From: a virus
Taxonomy: Duplodnaviria; Caudoviricetes
Length of the DNA: 64,000 bases
IMG/VR virus record: IMGVR_UViG_3300025389_000010
Span: 96,001 to 160,000 of that record
Strand: one strand, 5' to 3'
Of this stretch, positions 1 through 10,474 are shown in pieces. The notes under the pieces are model-generated. The model made no database searches and had not been told where the DNA came from. It saw only the letters and a program-made list of their open reading frames with translations. The position numbers and the translations under genes were made by a program. The stretch's first letter is position 1; each line of letters begins with the position of its first letter.

Positions 1-1
1 C

Positions 2-367
2 GTTATTGAAATTTATAATGCCATCAAAAACAATCCAAATGTTGATGTTATAACATTTAAACAAAATTGTTATGTTGATAACAATCCAGTGTCAACAGTT
101 TTATTTGGATTAAAAAATGAACATGAACCATACATTCCAAATTCAACATTTAAAAGAAAACCATATCATATTTGTGTTTGGAATTCAAAGTTAGCAAAAA
201 AATATCATTTCAGTTTTATAAATTATGGTGAAGATTTAAGTTGGGTAACTCAATTGTGGCAAGAGGCAAAAAATGAATTTTTCATAGATAAAAAACTTCA
301 TAGTTATGTTTATAGAACATCCCACAGTGAAGCAAATGTTGCAAATGCTAGAAATAAGCAAATATAA
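2..367 (+). CDS. 5'-truncated glycosyltransferase (GT2-like), C-terminal part
   Basis: Frame is open from position 2 (VIEIYNAIKNNPNVDVITF...). PYHICVW and GEDLSW resemble phage GT2 C-termini. Confidence 0.55.
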   Translation, partial: VIEIYNAIKNNPNVDVITFKQNCYVDNNPVSTVLFGLKNEHEPYIPNSTFKRKPYHICVWNSKLAKKYHFSFINYGEDLSWVTQLWQEAKNEFFIDKKLHSYVYRTSHSEANVANARNKQI

Positions 368-395
368 TTGAAATTTCAATATTATCTGCTATATT
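368..395 (+). promoter_or_regulatory. sigma70-type promoter for gp46
   Basis: TTGAAA-N16-TATATT with an extended TG; ATG is 7 nt after the -10. Confidence 0.5.
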
Positions 396-402
396 GGTCT
401 GA

Positions 403-2211
403 ATGAAAAAAGTAATTTTTAATAGCGTTAAAATTAAAAACTTTCTTTCTATCGGAGAAGACCAAATTGAGATTGATTTTAAAACTGGAATAACTATTAT
501 AACCGGTGAAAATAAAGATAAGGGTGGAAAAAATGGAATAGGTAAAAGTACTATATCTGATGCTATTTTTTGGTGTTTATTTGGAAATACAATAAGAGAG
601 CTTAAAAAAGATAAAATTCAACACAATAAAAATGATGGGACATGTCAGGTTTCATTATCATTTACGATAGAAGATGGTAAAAAGAATGTATCATATACGA
701 TAAAAAGAATACTTGATCCTGCTAAAATTGAAATTATAGCACATAACGATGAAAAAGATGTTGATATGACATTATCAACAATTCCAAAAAATGACGAATA
801 CATAAAACAATTAATTGGTGCCAACGAAGAAGTATTTAATAATGCCGTTATCATGTCGGCTAATAATACAATGCCATTTATGGCACAAAAGAAAACTGAA
901 AAACGTAAATTTATTGAAGGTATTCTTCAAATGAATATTTTTAGTGAAATGCTTTTAAAGGCAAGATCATTACATAATGATTCAAAAAAAGAAAATGATT
1001 TATTAGCCAAAGATTTTGTAAACGAACAACGTATTTTAGAAATATTAAAGAGTAATAAAGAAAATTTCGATGAAAATAAAAATACAAGGATTGGTTCAAT
1101 TAATGAAAAAATAAAAAACATTAATATTGAATTAGAAAATTTAAGAAAAACTGAATATCCAAATGAAAATGACACAAAAAAAGAATTAGAAAGATTAAGA
1201 GAGATAGAGAAAAAAATCGATGATTTGCAGAAAGATACAAATCGAAAAATTTCAGATCTCACGGGCAAAAAATCAGCAGCACGAACTCTTTTAACTGAAA
1301 AAGAAAAAGAAAAAGCAAAATTTAACAGCAAAACCGGATCATGTCCAACATGTAAAAGAAATTTTTCATTTGATAGTATTAATCATATTACTGAAGAAAT
1401 AAAAAAACTCGATAAAGAAATATGGAATCTGAAAGATATAGAATACGAAGCGGATAAACAAATAAAAGAAAACAGTAGTTTATGCTCTAAAATTTATCAA
1501 AATAAAACAAAAATTCAAAAATTAATAGATGAACAAAATTCATTTATAAGAAAATCTTCTTTACATGAAGAAAAATTATTAAACCTTATTAATAAAAATA
1601 TAGAATATGAAAAGGATATAAAAAATATTGAAAATGAATTGTTTAAAGATGATCAAAATATTTTAAATTCAGAACAAAAAATAAAAGATATTGAAACAAA
1701 ACTTATTTCAATTAAAAAAGAACTTCAAATTCTTGATACTGTAAAATTCATCGTATCGGAAGAAGGTGTAAAAGCATTTATTGTTAAGAAGATAATGGAT
1801 ATATTCAACAACAGGTTAAATTTTTATTTAAAACACCTTGATGCACCGTGCAAATGCATATTTGATGAATCTTTTGAGGAAACAATCTACAATGAACAAG
1901 GAAAAGAATGTTCCTATTTCAATTTTAGCGGTGGAGAACGTAAAAGAATAGACACTGCGATTCTTTTTACGTTTCAAGATGTATTGAGGCTTCATTCCGG
2001 TACATCTTTTTCTCTGAATATATACGACGAGCTTTTTGATTCTGCTCTTGATGATAAAGGTATTGATAAAATTCTTGAAATACTAAAGACTAAAGTTGAA
2101 AAATACCAAGAATCAGTATATATCATCACCCATAAAAACAATACTAAGACAAATATTGATAATATTTTGTTTTTAGAAAAAGAAAATGGTGTCACTAGAA
2201 TTATAAAATAA
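403..2211 (+). CDS. gp46: gp46-like recombination endonuclease subunit (SbcC/Rad50 ATPase)
   Basis: Walker A G...NGIGKST, central coiled coil with CPTC zinc hook, FSGGE signature, Walker B IYDE, H-loop ITH. Confidence 0.95.
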   Translation: MKKVIFNSVKIKNFLSIGEDQIEIDFKTGITIITGENKDKGGKNGIGKSTISDAIFWCLFGNTIRELKKDKIQHNKNDGTCQVSLSFTIEDGKKNVSYTIKRILDPAKIEIIAHNDEKDVDMTLSTIPKNDEYIKQLIGANEEVFNNAVIMSANNTMPFMAQKKTEKRKFIEGILQMNIFSEMLLKARSLHNDSKKENDLLAKDFVNEQRILEILKSNKENFDENKNTRIGSINEKIKNINIELENLRKTEYPNENDTKKELERLREIEKKIDDLQKDTNRKISDLTGKKSAARTLLTEKEKEKAKFNSKTGSCPTCKRNFSFDSINHITEEIKKLDKEIWNLKDIEYEADKQIKENSSLCSKIYQNKTKIQKLIDEQNSFIRKSSLHEEKLLNLINKNIEYEKDIKNIENELFKDDQNILNSEQKIKDIETKLISIKKELQILDTVKFIVSEEGVKAFIVKKIMDIFNNRLNFYLKHLDAPCKCIFDESFEETIYNEQGKECSYFNFSGGERKRIDTAILFTFQDVLRLHSGTSFSLNIYDELFDSALDDKGIDKILEILKTKVEKYQESVYIITHKNNTKTNIDNILFLEKENGVTRIIK

Positions 2212-3068
2212 TGAAAATTCTATATATAACATTGCCTAATCATTTAGATTATCAAAATGATTGTCTTTTAATAGGATTAAAGGAATTATATGGCGAAAAC
2301 GTTGTTGATGTTGAAAAAAGATCTCATATATATGATACGTTTCCAGTAGAAAACCTTAAATTTCAATATGGATTTGGTATGACGGTTACTAGATGTTTAC
2401 CAGATCTAGAGGTAGACAGAACAGAAATTTTAAATAAAATTAAAAATAAATATTTTGACCTTGTCATATATGGTTCTATTTTACGTTGCTCTACATACTT
2501 GCAAGAAGTTTTATCAATTTATCCAAAAAATAAAATTATATGTATTGATGGCGAAGACCATAATATGATAGATCCAATATCTAATAATGAATTGATTTAT
2601 TTTAAAAGAGAGCTTATATATGACAATATAGAAAATGTTTTTCCAATTTCTTTTGGTATGCCTTTATCTAAAATAAATTTTAATGAAAATAAAATAAAAG
2701 ATTATGCTTATATAACACCACTTGATAGAAATACATATATTTATAAAGAAGAAAAAGATTATTATAATGATTATAAAGAAGCAAGATTAGCGATAACTTG
2801 TAAAAAATCAGGTTGGGACTGCATGCGTCATTATGAAATTTTATCAAATGGTTGTTTGCCAAATTTTAAAAACATTGAAAATTGCCCTTCGCAAACAATG
2901 ATTTTTTTCCCTAAAAATTTATGTGTAGAATTAAATAAAAATTTAAATATAGAAAATATATCTATTGTATATGAGAAATACGTAAATAAGTTTAAAAAAC
3001 ATTTTTTTGAAAATAATACAACAACAGCAATTGCAAAAAATGTAATATCAATAGTTAAAAAATATTAA
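2211..3068 (+). CDS. putative glycosyltransferase (GT-B-like)
   Basis: DYQNDCL..GL, IDGED and KSGWDCMRHYEIL..GCLP resemble phage/bacterial GT-like proteins. Confidence 0.55.
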   Translation: MKILYITLPNHLDYQNDCLLIGLKELYGENVVDVEKRSHIYDTFPVENLKFQYGFGMTVTRCLPDLEVDRTEILNKIKNKYFDLVIYGSILRCSTYLQEVLSIYPKNKIICIDGEDHNMIDPISNNELIYFKRELIYDNIENVFPISFGMPLSKINFNENKIKDYAYITPLDRNTYIYKEEKDYYNDYKEARLAITCKKSGWDCMRHYEILSNGCLPNFKNIENCPSQTMIFFPKNLCVELNKNLNIENISIVYEKYVNKFKKHFFENNTTTAIAKNVISIVKKY

Positions 3069-3069
3069 A

Positions 3070-3618
3070 ATGAACATAATAGAAGAAAAATATAAAGAAA
3101 AAAAACAAACGCCTTCTGATATAAATGAACACTTAGAAACTCTTTATAAATATGCAAAAGAGTGTAATAGTGTTGCAGAATTTGGAGTAAGAGACGTAGT
3201 GAGTTCATATGCATTAGCTCATGCTAGACCTGAAAAATTAATATGTGTTGATATAAAAAATAATCAAAATGTTGAAAAATTCTTAAAAGAATGTCAAGAT
3301 GAAAATATAAATGTAAGATTTGACCAAGCTAATACTTTAAATTATGAATTAGAAGAAGTAGATATGCTTTTTATAGATACTTTACATACATATGATCAAA
3401 TTTTAGGTGAACTAGAAAGACATCACAGTAAAGTTAAGAAATATATTTTAATGCATGATACCATATCATATGGAAATAGAAATGAATTTGGAGACATATG
3501 CAACGGAAATCATGGTCTTATACCCGCTATTAAATTATTTTTAAAAAATCATAAAGAATGGAAAGAATTATATACATATACTAATAATAATGGTCTTAGT
3601 ATTTTAATTAGAAATTAA
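3070..3618 (+). CDS. class I SAM-dependent methyltransferase (Methyltransf_24-like)
   Basis: VAEFGVR (motif I), CVD, DMLFIDTLHTY, ILMHD. Confidence 0.8.
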   Translation: MNIIEEKYKEKKQTPSDINEHLETLYKYAKECNSVAEFGVRDVVSSYALAHARPEKLICVDIKNNQNVEKFLKECQDENINVRFDQANTLNYELEEVDMLFIDTLHTYDQILGELERHHSKVKKYILMHDTISYGNRNEFGDICNGNHGLIPAIKLFLKNHKEWKELYTYTNNNGLSILIRN

Positions 3619-3655
3619 TTTGTTTTTATAAAAAAAAATATTATAATATAAAAAT

Positions 3656-4954
3656 ATGGCACTTAAAATTAAAGAAGAGATAAAAAATAAAATTGTTTTT
3701 GAATACGAACCGTTTAAAGGCGGTCTGCCAAACGCACCCACAAATTTACCTGTTGGCTTTCCAACGTATTCTTATGCTGCTTTAAAACCCATACATGTTC
3801 CTGCAAAGAAAAAGATAGAAATGCCTGAAGCTAATTTACCAAGGGCTGTTAATTATTATGCAGACTACGGTGGTTGTGGTTTTTGGAGAATGATTTGGCC
3901 TGAATATATGCTTAATGCATATTCAAGAGCTTGTATCTGTGGTCTCACTCAAATGGTGATGGATGTTAATTTTTATGGTGGGATTAAAGCCATAAGAATG
4001 CAAAGACAAGCAACAACAATTCAAAAAGAATTTATTAAAGAACTTATAAAGTTAAAAAATAAATTTAATTATAGACTTATCTATGAAGTAGACGATATTG
4101 TTTTCAAAGATGATATTCCCGATTATAATTCTTGTAAGGAAGCTTTTGTTTCTCAGGATATTGAACAAAATATTTTAGAAATCATGGGAATGATGGATGA
4201 AATTACGGTAACTTGCAAATATATGAAAGATTATTATATTGCAAAGACCGGAAATAAAAAAGTTACGGTTGTTCCGAATTATCCTCCTAAGTTTTGGCTT
4301 GATAAATTTTATAATAAGGAAAAAATTCAAAAAGATTTTGAATTAAACAAGAAAAGACCAAGAGTTCTTTATTCCGGATCTGGAACTCATATAGACATGA
4401 TGAATAAAAATGGTTTTAATGATGATTTTGCACACGTTACGCAAGAAATTATCAAAGCTAGAAAGAAATTTAAATTTGTATGGAAGGGTTGCTATCCATT
4501 AGTGGTAAAACCATACATCGACAATGGTGATATGGAATTTATAGAATGGTCAAGTCTGATTGATTACCCAAAAGGACTATATGACACAAATTGTAACGTT
4601 GTTTTTGCTCCATTACAGGACAATGTTTTCAATAAATCAAAGAGTAACATCAAAATGGTGGAAGCAAGCGGTATAGGACTGCCCGGAACATATCAAGATC
4701 TGTGTACCTATGAAGATGCCGAGTTTAAATTTAAAAACGGTGTTGATTTAATTTCACAACTTGAATATTTAACTTCTGATTTTGATCGTTATATGAAAAT
4801 TTCAGAAAAATCCAACACATTTATTCAAAATCTTTGGCTTGAAGATCATTTGGATGAATATGATGCCATCTATTTTACGGAATGGGGGTCGGAAGAAAGA
4901 AAAAAGAAGTCTCCTATTCTTATACAGAACAATCCTGATCAAAATATTCATTGA
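3656..4954 (+). CDS. glycosyltransferase (GT4/GT-B-like)
   Basis: GCGFWRMIWP, LIYEVDD, VVPN, APLQDNVFNKSKSNIKMVE. Confidence 0.75.
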   Translation: MALKIKEEIKNKIVFEYEPFKGGLPNAPTNLPVGFPTYSYAALKPIHVPAKKKIEMPEANLPRAVNYYADYGGCGFWRMIWPEYMLNAYSRACICGLTQMVMDVNFYGGIKAIRMQRQATTIQKEFIKELIKLKNKFNYRLIYEVDDIVFKDDIPDYNSCKEAFVSQDIEQNILEIMGMMDEITVTCKYMKDYYIAKTGNKKVTVVPNYPPKFWLDKFYNKEKIQKDFELNKKRPRVLYSGSGTHIDMMNKNGFNDDFAHVTQEIIKARKKFKFVWKGCYPLVVKPYIDNGDMEFIEWSSLIDYPKGLYDTNCNVVFAPLQDNVFNKSKSNIKMVEASGIGLPGTYQDLCTYEDAEFKFKNGVDLISQLEYLTSDFDRYMKISEKSNTFIQNLWLEDHLDEYDAIYFTEWGSEERKKKSPILIQNNPDQNIH

Positions 4955-4979
4955 TTTTGGCTTATTTTTAAGATAGCAT
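4951..4979 (+). promoter_or_regulatory. sigma70-type promoter for DNA polymerase
   Basis: TTGATT-N17-TAGCAT; ATG is 6 nt downstream. Confidence 0.55.
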
Positions 4980-4985
4980 GGGTTA

Positions 4986-7559
4986 ATGGCATACCGTAAT
5001 ATCTATTATGATATCAAAAAGTCTGAAGTTCATCTTTGGACTTGGGATAAAGATGGCAATAGGGTTAAAGCGATAACCACATATGAGCCTTTTCTGTATA
5101 TCGAGGATAAGGATGCCGCTGATGCAAAGTCTATTTTTGGATCTAATCTAAAAAAAATTAAATTTAAAGGAGAATTTGAAAGATTAAAATATATAAAACA
5201 ATCCCCAATTAAAAGATTGTTCTATAATCTTAAAGTTGATCAACAATTTTTACTTTCTACGTTTAAAGATGAGATTGATAAACCGGGATTTGGTAATCAA
5301 CCATTAAAGATTTTTTATATCGATATTGAAACATATGCAACGGATCACTTTTCAACACCTACCGATGCCAGCGATCCAATAAATCTCATAACTGTTTATG
5401 ATTCTTTGAGTGAAAAGTTTCACACTTGGGGTTGCAAGAATTATTCAACACTTGAAGAAGATGTTGTTTACCATAAATGTACAGATGAAAAGGATTTATT
5501 AAGAAGTTTTGTTAAGTTTTGGAGAAAAGATCCTCCAGATATTGTTACGGGATGGAATATTCATGGTTATGATATTCCATACATCATGAATAGGCTTACC
5601 AAAATATTCGATGATGAATATAATAAGAAATTATCACCGGTTAATCAGATTTTTCTTCGTGAAAACGCATCTATTAATAAATTAGGTCGTGCAATTGATC
5701 GCTGGTATCTTTCCGGTGTTAGTATTCTTGATTACATGGAGCTTTATGAGGCTCTTTGTGGTGGAAAAAGAGAATCTTGGTCTTTGAATTATATATCTGA
5801 ATATGAATTGGGAGAATCCAAGATTGCAATCGGTAGTACATCATTATCAAGTCTTGCTGATACCGATTGGATGAAGTTTGTTGATTATAATATTCAGGAC
5901 GTTAGACTTATTATAAATCTTGAAAAGAAGTTAAAGTATATAAATCTTGTTCGTAACCTATCATATCGTGGTTTTATACCTTTTGAGAAGTCTATGGGCA
6001 AGGTAGCGATGATTACGGGTGCTGTAGCACACCAAGCACTCAAAATGGGAACAATCATTCCTACTTTTAATATAAAACACGTTAAAACTGAATTTGCAGG
6101 TGGGTTTGTTAAGGAACCAGAGAAAGGTTTATATGAAGATGTTGTTACCTATGATGCAAACAGTCTTTATCCAAACACGATTATTACATTAAACATTTCA
6201 ACTGAGACTAAAATTGGCAAAATAACCGATAGAACTGATAAAGAAACTACCATTTTGACAGTTCAAGGCAATACTGTCACGAAAAGCAATGAAGATTTTG
6301 AAAAGATTGTCCAATCACAGCAATTGGCAATCACAAAATCAAATGTTTTATATACACAGAAGTTTAAAGGCGTTATTCCTACGCTAATTGATAAACTTTA
6401 TAAAGAAAGAGTCTTGGCTAAAAACAAAATGTTGGAAGCCAAGAAGAAATTAAAGAACGCAAAGACACAAGAAGAGAAAAATAAATTGGAAGAAGAGGCA
6501 AACGATAATGATACATTATCAAATGTGTATAAAGTCTTTCTTAATTCGATTTATGGTGCATTTTCAAACATTTACTTTCCATTATTCGATATCGACCATG
6601 CTGAAAGCGTAACATTAACAGGACAAGCTGCCGTTAAACAAGGTCCAGACATTGTTTATGAGTATGCAAAAAGCCAAGGTTTCACCGGAAGCAAGAAAGA
6701 TATATTAATTTATCAAGATACTGATAGTGAATTCTTTTCCTTTAAAGATATTTTGAAAATTAAAGGAATAAGTCTTTTAAAAGATGGTGAAATAACAAAA
6801 GAAGCATATGATGCGATTGCTGAATATGGTGATGTATTAAATAACGGTATTAACGAATGGGCTAAAAAGGAATTCAGATCTATAGATCCTCGTTATGTTT
6901 TCAAACGTGAAAAAATTTGTGATGTTGCCTTGCTACAAGCCAAGAAGTTTTACATTTTACATATTTTAGATAAGGAAGGTGTAAAAACTAATGAGTTTGA
7001 ATATAAGGGAATGGAAGTTGCAAAGGCAACATTATCAAAAGAAGTTAAAGAATTATTAAAAGATGTTCTAGAATCTGCATTGATATCGAAAGATCGTAGA
7101 ATCGCAACCAATATCTTTCAAAAAGGCTATGATAAATTCTGTGATATGTCACCAGAAGTTATTGCAATTAGAAAAAAAGTCAATAATTACGAAAAATGGG
7201 ACAGTTTATACGATGATGATGACAAAGAATTTGGTTCCGGTACACCGGGACATGTAAGAAGTGCAATGAATTTTAACAATGCACTTAAAAAGCTTAATGT
7301 TGATGATAAATATCCAGAAATTAGCAGTGGAACCAAGATTAAATTCTTTTATTGTAAGAAAAATATCTATGATTACGAAACAATAGGATTCATAGATTAT
7401 TATCCAAAGGAATTATTGGATGTTATTAAACCAGATTACAAATTTATGTTTAACAAAACAGTAGTTCCTGTATTGGAAAGAATATTTAAGATCATTGGAT
7501 GGCCTGTGCCTACAGTTGGTTGCGAAGAAGTCACCGATTTAATACAATTATTTTCATGA
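4986..7559 (+). CDS. gp43: family B DNA polymerase (gp43-like)
   Basis: Exo I DIET, Exo II GWNIHGYD, Exo III YNIQD; motif A YDANSLYP, motif B K..LNSIYG, motif C YQDTDS. Confidence 0.97.
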   Translation: MAYRNIYYDIKKSEVHLWTWDKDGNRVKAITTYEPFLYIEDKDAADAKSIFGSNLKKIKFKGEFERLKYIKQSPIKRLFYNLKVDQQFLLSTFKDEIDKPGFGNQPLKIFYIDIETYATDHFSTPTDASDPINLITVYDSLSEKFHTWGCKNYSTLEEDVVYHKCTDEKDLLRSFVKFWRKDPPDIVTGWNIHGYDIPYIMNRLTKIFDDEYNKKLSPVNQIFLRENASINKLGRAIDRWYLSGVSILDYMELYEALCGGKRESWSLNYISEYELGESKIAIGSTSLSSLADTDWMKFVDYNIQDVRLIINLEKKLKYINLVRNLSYRGFIPFEKSMGKVAMITGAVAHQALKMGTIIPTFNIKHVKTEFAGGFVKEPEKGLYEDVVTYDANSLYPNTIITLNISTETKIGKITDRTDKETTILTVQGNTVTKSNEDFEKIVQSQQLAITKSNVLYTQKFKGVIPTLIDKLYKERVLAKNKMLEAKKKLKNAKTQEEKNKLEEEANDNDTLSNVYKVFLNSIYGAFSNIYFPLFDIDHAESVTLTGQAAVKQGPDIVYEYAKSQGFTGSKKDILIYQDTDSEFFSFKDILKIKGISLLKDGEITKEAYDAIAEYGDVLNNGINEWAKKEFRSIDPRYVFKREKICDVALLQAKKFYILHILDKEGVKTNEFEYKGMEVAKATLSKEVKELLKDVLESALISKDRRIATNIFQKGYDKFCDMSPEVIAIRKKVNNYEKWDSLYDDDDKEFGSGTPGHVRSAMNFNNALKKLNVDDKYPEISSGTKIKFFYCKKNIYDYETIGFIDYYPKELLDVIKPDYKFMFNKTVVPVLERIFKIIGWPVPTVGCEEVTDLIQLFS

Positions 7560-8212
7560 AAACTAAATTAATATCAATAACGAAACCTGAAATTGAAGGA
7601 ATTAATACAGCAGAAGAATTAATATCTTATTGTGCAAGGGTTTCTAATCCATCAAATCAGCTTAATGTAGAAACTGCACCAAAACTTCTTGCATATTTGA
7701 TAAAACACAAACACTGGAGTCCATTTGAGATGGCTAGTATGACATTTGAAATTAAAACATCTCGTGCAATTGCTGCTCAAATTCTACGGCATCGTAGTTT
7801 TTCATTTCAAGAGTTCAGCCAAAGGTATGCATCTGTTGTTGGTATGGAAAAAATTGAATGGAGGATGCAGGGTAAAACTAATAGACAGGTTGGTGATGAT
7901 GTTATTAAATTACCTGTTGAATTAGAAGATAATCTTCAATGGGTTCAAGATAAATGTGAAGATTTATATCACGATTTAGTGAAAATGGGTATTGCTAAAG
8001 AATGTGCGAGAATGGTTCTTCCTCTTAACACATCGACAACGATTTACATGAATGGGACAATCCGTTCTTGGATACATTATCTTGATATAAGATGTAAGGA
8101 CGATACTCAAAAGGAACATAGGGAAATAGCTGATGAAATTAAAAGCAGTTTCCAGTTTCATTTTCCTAGTATTTCCGAAGCGTTAGGGTGGAACGGGTCA
8201 AATATTCCTTAA
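7556..8212 (+). CDS. thyX: flavin-dependent thymidylate synthase
   Basis: RHRSFSFQEFSQRY motif, H.SPFE, ECARMVLP. Start moved to the ATG at 7556, which overlaps the polB stop. Confidence 0.95.
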   Translation: MKTKLISITKPEIEGINTAEELISYCARVSNPSNQLNVETAPKLLAYLIKHKHWSPFEMASMTFEIKTSRAIAAQILRHRSFSFQEFSQRYASVVGMEKIEWRMQGKTNRQVGDDVIKLPVELEDNLQWVQDKCEDLYHDLVKMGIAKECARMVLPLNTSTTIYMNGTIRSWIHYLDIRCKDDTQKEHREIADEIKSSFQFHFPSISEALGWNGSNIP

Positions 8213-8489
8213 AACTTTCGTTTTTTATACCTGTTCTTAATTCATTAAATTTATTTTCAATAGCTTTGTTGATTTTATCTTGTAACATTGAACGAATACG
8301 ATCATTGGTATAATACTCTTCATCTTCAAAATGATCTGCATCAATACAAATACCATGTGGTCCCATTGAATATGGTGCATTATAATTTATACACCATTGA
8401 TGTAAATTTTTTGAATATTTAAAATCACTTCTTGATATATCTTGAAGTGGTTTATCAACTTCATCAAAAATAGGATCTCTTTTATTCAT
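8166..8489 (-). CDS. hypothetical protein
   Basis: Likely start MNKRDPIF at 8489, preceded by TAAATA; 3' end overlaps thyX convergently. Confidence 0.5.
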   Translation of the reverse strand: MNKRDPIFDEVDKPLQDISRSDFKYSKNLHQWCINYNAPYSMGPHGICIDADHFEDEEYYTNDRIRSMLQDKINKAIENKFNELRTGIKNESFKEYLTRSTLTLRKY

Positions 8490-8544
8490 TATTTCAATAT
8501 TTATCCACTTGAAAATACATAAAAGTGTGTTAAATTTATAAAGT

Positions 8545-8934
8545 ATGACAACAAACAATACAAACCCCAATCTAACAGTAATCCTTGATCCAGTTGGACG
8601 CACCCTCCTTGGTGAGGTTGTCCCTTCTGCGGAGGGTACATATGCAATTAAGAACCCAGTTGTTCTTCACATTGTACCTGCCGACAATCAAGGCAAGATG
8701 AGCGTACAGCTTCTCCCATTGTTCTTCAAGGAGTTCCTTGCAGACAAGACGGCTGATGTTGTATTCACCTACGATCCATCTAGAATCGCAACAACTAACA
8801 TTGATGCAATTGATTTTAGACTTCAAGGACAGTATGCACAGATGTTTAACCCTGCAAACATCGTAGTTGCACCTGATCAAGAATCTTCGACAGGAGATGA
8901 CAGCGGTAAAGTTGTAAATCTCTTTGACGAGTAA
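8545..8934 (+). CDS. conserved hypothetical protein, probably highly expressed
   Basis: Clean 129 aa beta-rich ORF with C/G-ending codons like gp32; acidic tail; own promoter. Confidence 0.7.
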   Translation: MTTNNTNPNLTVILDPVGRTLLGEVVPSAEGTYAIKNPVVLHIVPADNQGKMSVQLLPLFFKEFLADKTADVVFTYDPSRIATTNIDAIDFRLQGQYAQMFNPANIVVAPDQESSTGDDSGKVVNLFDE

Positions 8935-8974
8935 TCAGCGTTAAAAAAAGAAAACCACAAAGACTCCAGAGGGC

Positions 8975-9002
8975 TTGACTCTCTAAAGTTTTTTGTTATT
9001 AT
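8975..9002 (+). promoter_or_regulatory. sigma70-type promoter for uvsX
   Basis: TTGACT-N16-TATTAT with an extended TG; ATG is 7 nt downstream. Confidence 0.6.
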
Positions 9003-9009
9003 ATACTAT

Positions 9010-10149
9010 ATGGCTAAAAAGAAAAACGATAACGAAACAGAACTTCCTCAGGGTGATATTTTAGATGCATTTAAAATACTAGATGACCTCAATCCAAAGG
9101 CAGCATTTTTAAATGATAACAGTTTATCAAACGTAAAAGATTGGATTGATACTGGTTGCTATGCTTTAAATGCAATTATTTCAGGATCTCTCTATGGTGG
9201 AATCCCGATGGGAAGACTTACTGGTTTTATTGGGCCTGAATCTTGTGGAAAAACCTTAATGGCTAATAAAATTATTGCAAATGCTCAAAAGAAAGGAATG
9301 TATGTTGCATATTTTGATACCGAAGGTGCATTAGACGAAGAAACAGCAAAAAGACTTGGTTGTGATCCTGCTAAAATCAAGCATGTCCCATCTGAAATCA
9401 CAGAAGATTGCAGAAATCAAATTGTAAAGTTTTTAAACACAGTAATTGAAAAGAAATTACAAGGTAAAGTTCTTCTTGTGATTGATTCTCTTGGTAATTT
9501 GATTACTGCTCAAGAAAAGAGAAAGATTGACGAGGGAACCGATACTCCCGATATGGGAAATAGAGCAAAAGCACTCAAATCTATGATGAGAGCTATCACA
9601 CACGCTGCTGCTACTGCAAATTGTCCGGTTGTTTTCACCAATCATATCTACGATGATCCATCTGCAATGCATCCCACTGCAATTAAGAAGCAAGCCGGTG
9701 GTTCCGGTCCTCTTTATATGGCATCTGTTATTGTTCAGATGGCAAAAAAGACAGAAAAGACAGATGATGCCAAGAATAAAGATGCAAACAATGAAGCAAC
9801 TTTCCTTGCAAAGGGAATTAATGCACTAACATTGAGAGCATTCACAACCAAGAATCGATTTGTAACACCATTCCTTGAGATTGAGATGTATCTTAATTTC
9901 AGAACAGGATTAAACAAATATTCTGGTCTTCTTGAAATGGCAGAAGGTTACGGTGTTCTTGAAAAAGCAGGTCATCGTTATGTTTTTAACGGTGAAACCC
10001 TTGGCTTTTTTAAAGATTGGAAGGATGATGATACTGTTTGGGATAAAGTTTTACCAGCATTGGAGAAAAAACTACAAACTGCATTGGCATTCAAGAATGA
10101 AAATGATGAAATTGATGAAGTAGAAGAGGAGGTGATTGAAAATGATTGA
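9010..10149 (+). CDS. uvsX: UvsX/RecA-like recombinase
   Basis: DTGCYALNAIISG, Walker A GPESCGKT, YFDTE, Walker B VIDSLG, FTNH, GGSG. Confidence 0.95.
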   Translation: MAKKKNDNETELPQGDILDAFKILDDLNPKAAFLNDNSLSNVKDWIDTGCYALNAIISGSLYGGIPMGRLTGFIGPESCGKTLMANKIIANAQKKGMYVAYFDTEGALDEETAKRLGCDPAKIKHVPSEITEDCRNQIVKFLNTVIEKKLQGKVLLVIDSLGNLITAQEKRKIDEGTDTPDMGNRAKALKSMMRAITHAAATANCPVVFTNHIYDDPSAMHPTAIKKQAGGSGPLYMASVIVQMAKKTEKTDDAKNKDANNEATFLAKGINALTLRAFTTKNRFVTPFLEIEMYLNFRTGLNKYSGLLEMAEGYGVLEKAGHRYVFNGETLGFFKDWKDDDTVWDKVLPALEKKLQTALAFKNENDEIDEVEEEVIEND

Positions 10150-10426
10150 AAGAAAAGAAATAATTAGTGGAACAGAAGAAGAGCTTCTTGAATACTTTAA
10201 GAAAAAGTATAATCTCGTTAAATATGAATATATTGGGGACTGTGAGCAAGAACAACCTGAACAAGAAACGCCAGTAGATGCACCGGTAAAAGAAGAAACA
10301 CCTGTTCAACAGCCACCGAATGATCCAACTGCAAGAAAAAGTTATCCACAGGGTTCTTTATTTGCCAATAAAGTTTCTAATGGATTTAGTGGTTTGTTCG
10401 ACGGGACAAGTTGGGGAAATAAGTAG
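10136..10426 (+). CDS. hypothetical protein
   Basis: 96 aa ORF overlapping the uvsX stop; P/Q/E-rich linker. Confidence 0.6.
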   Translation: MKMIERKEIISGTEEELLEYFKKKYNLVKYEYIGDCEQEQPEQETPVDAPVKEETPVQQPPNDPTARKSYPQGSLFANKVSNGFSGLFDGTSWGNK

Positions 10427-10436
10427 CATTTATAGA

Positions 10437-10465
10437 TTGCAATCTCAACAGTTGCAATCTATACT
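10437..10465 (+). promoter_or_regulatory. sigma70-type promoter inside a 12-bp inverted repeat
   Basis: TTGCAA-N17-TATACT overlapped by TATAGATTGCAA-N9-TTGCAATCTATA (10431-10463). Confidence 0.55.
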
Positions 10466-10474
10466 TCCCACAAT

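Noticed and set aside
8951-8997. Imperfect hairpin around the uvsX promoter
   Set aside because: Many mismatches; cannot distinguish a weak terminator from chance.
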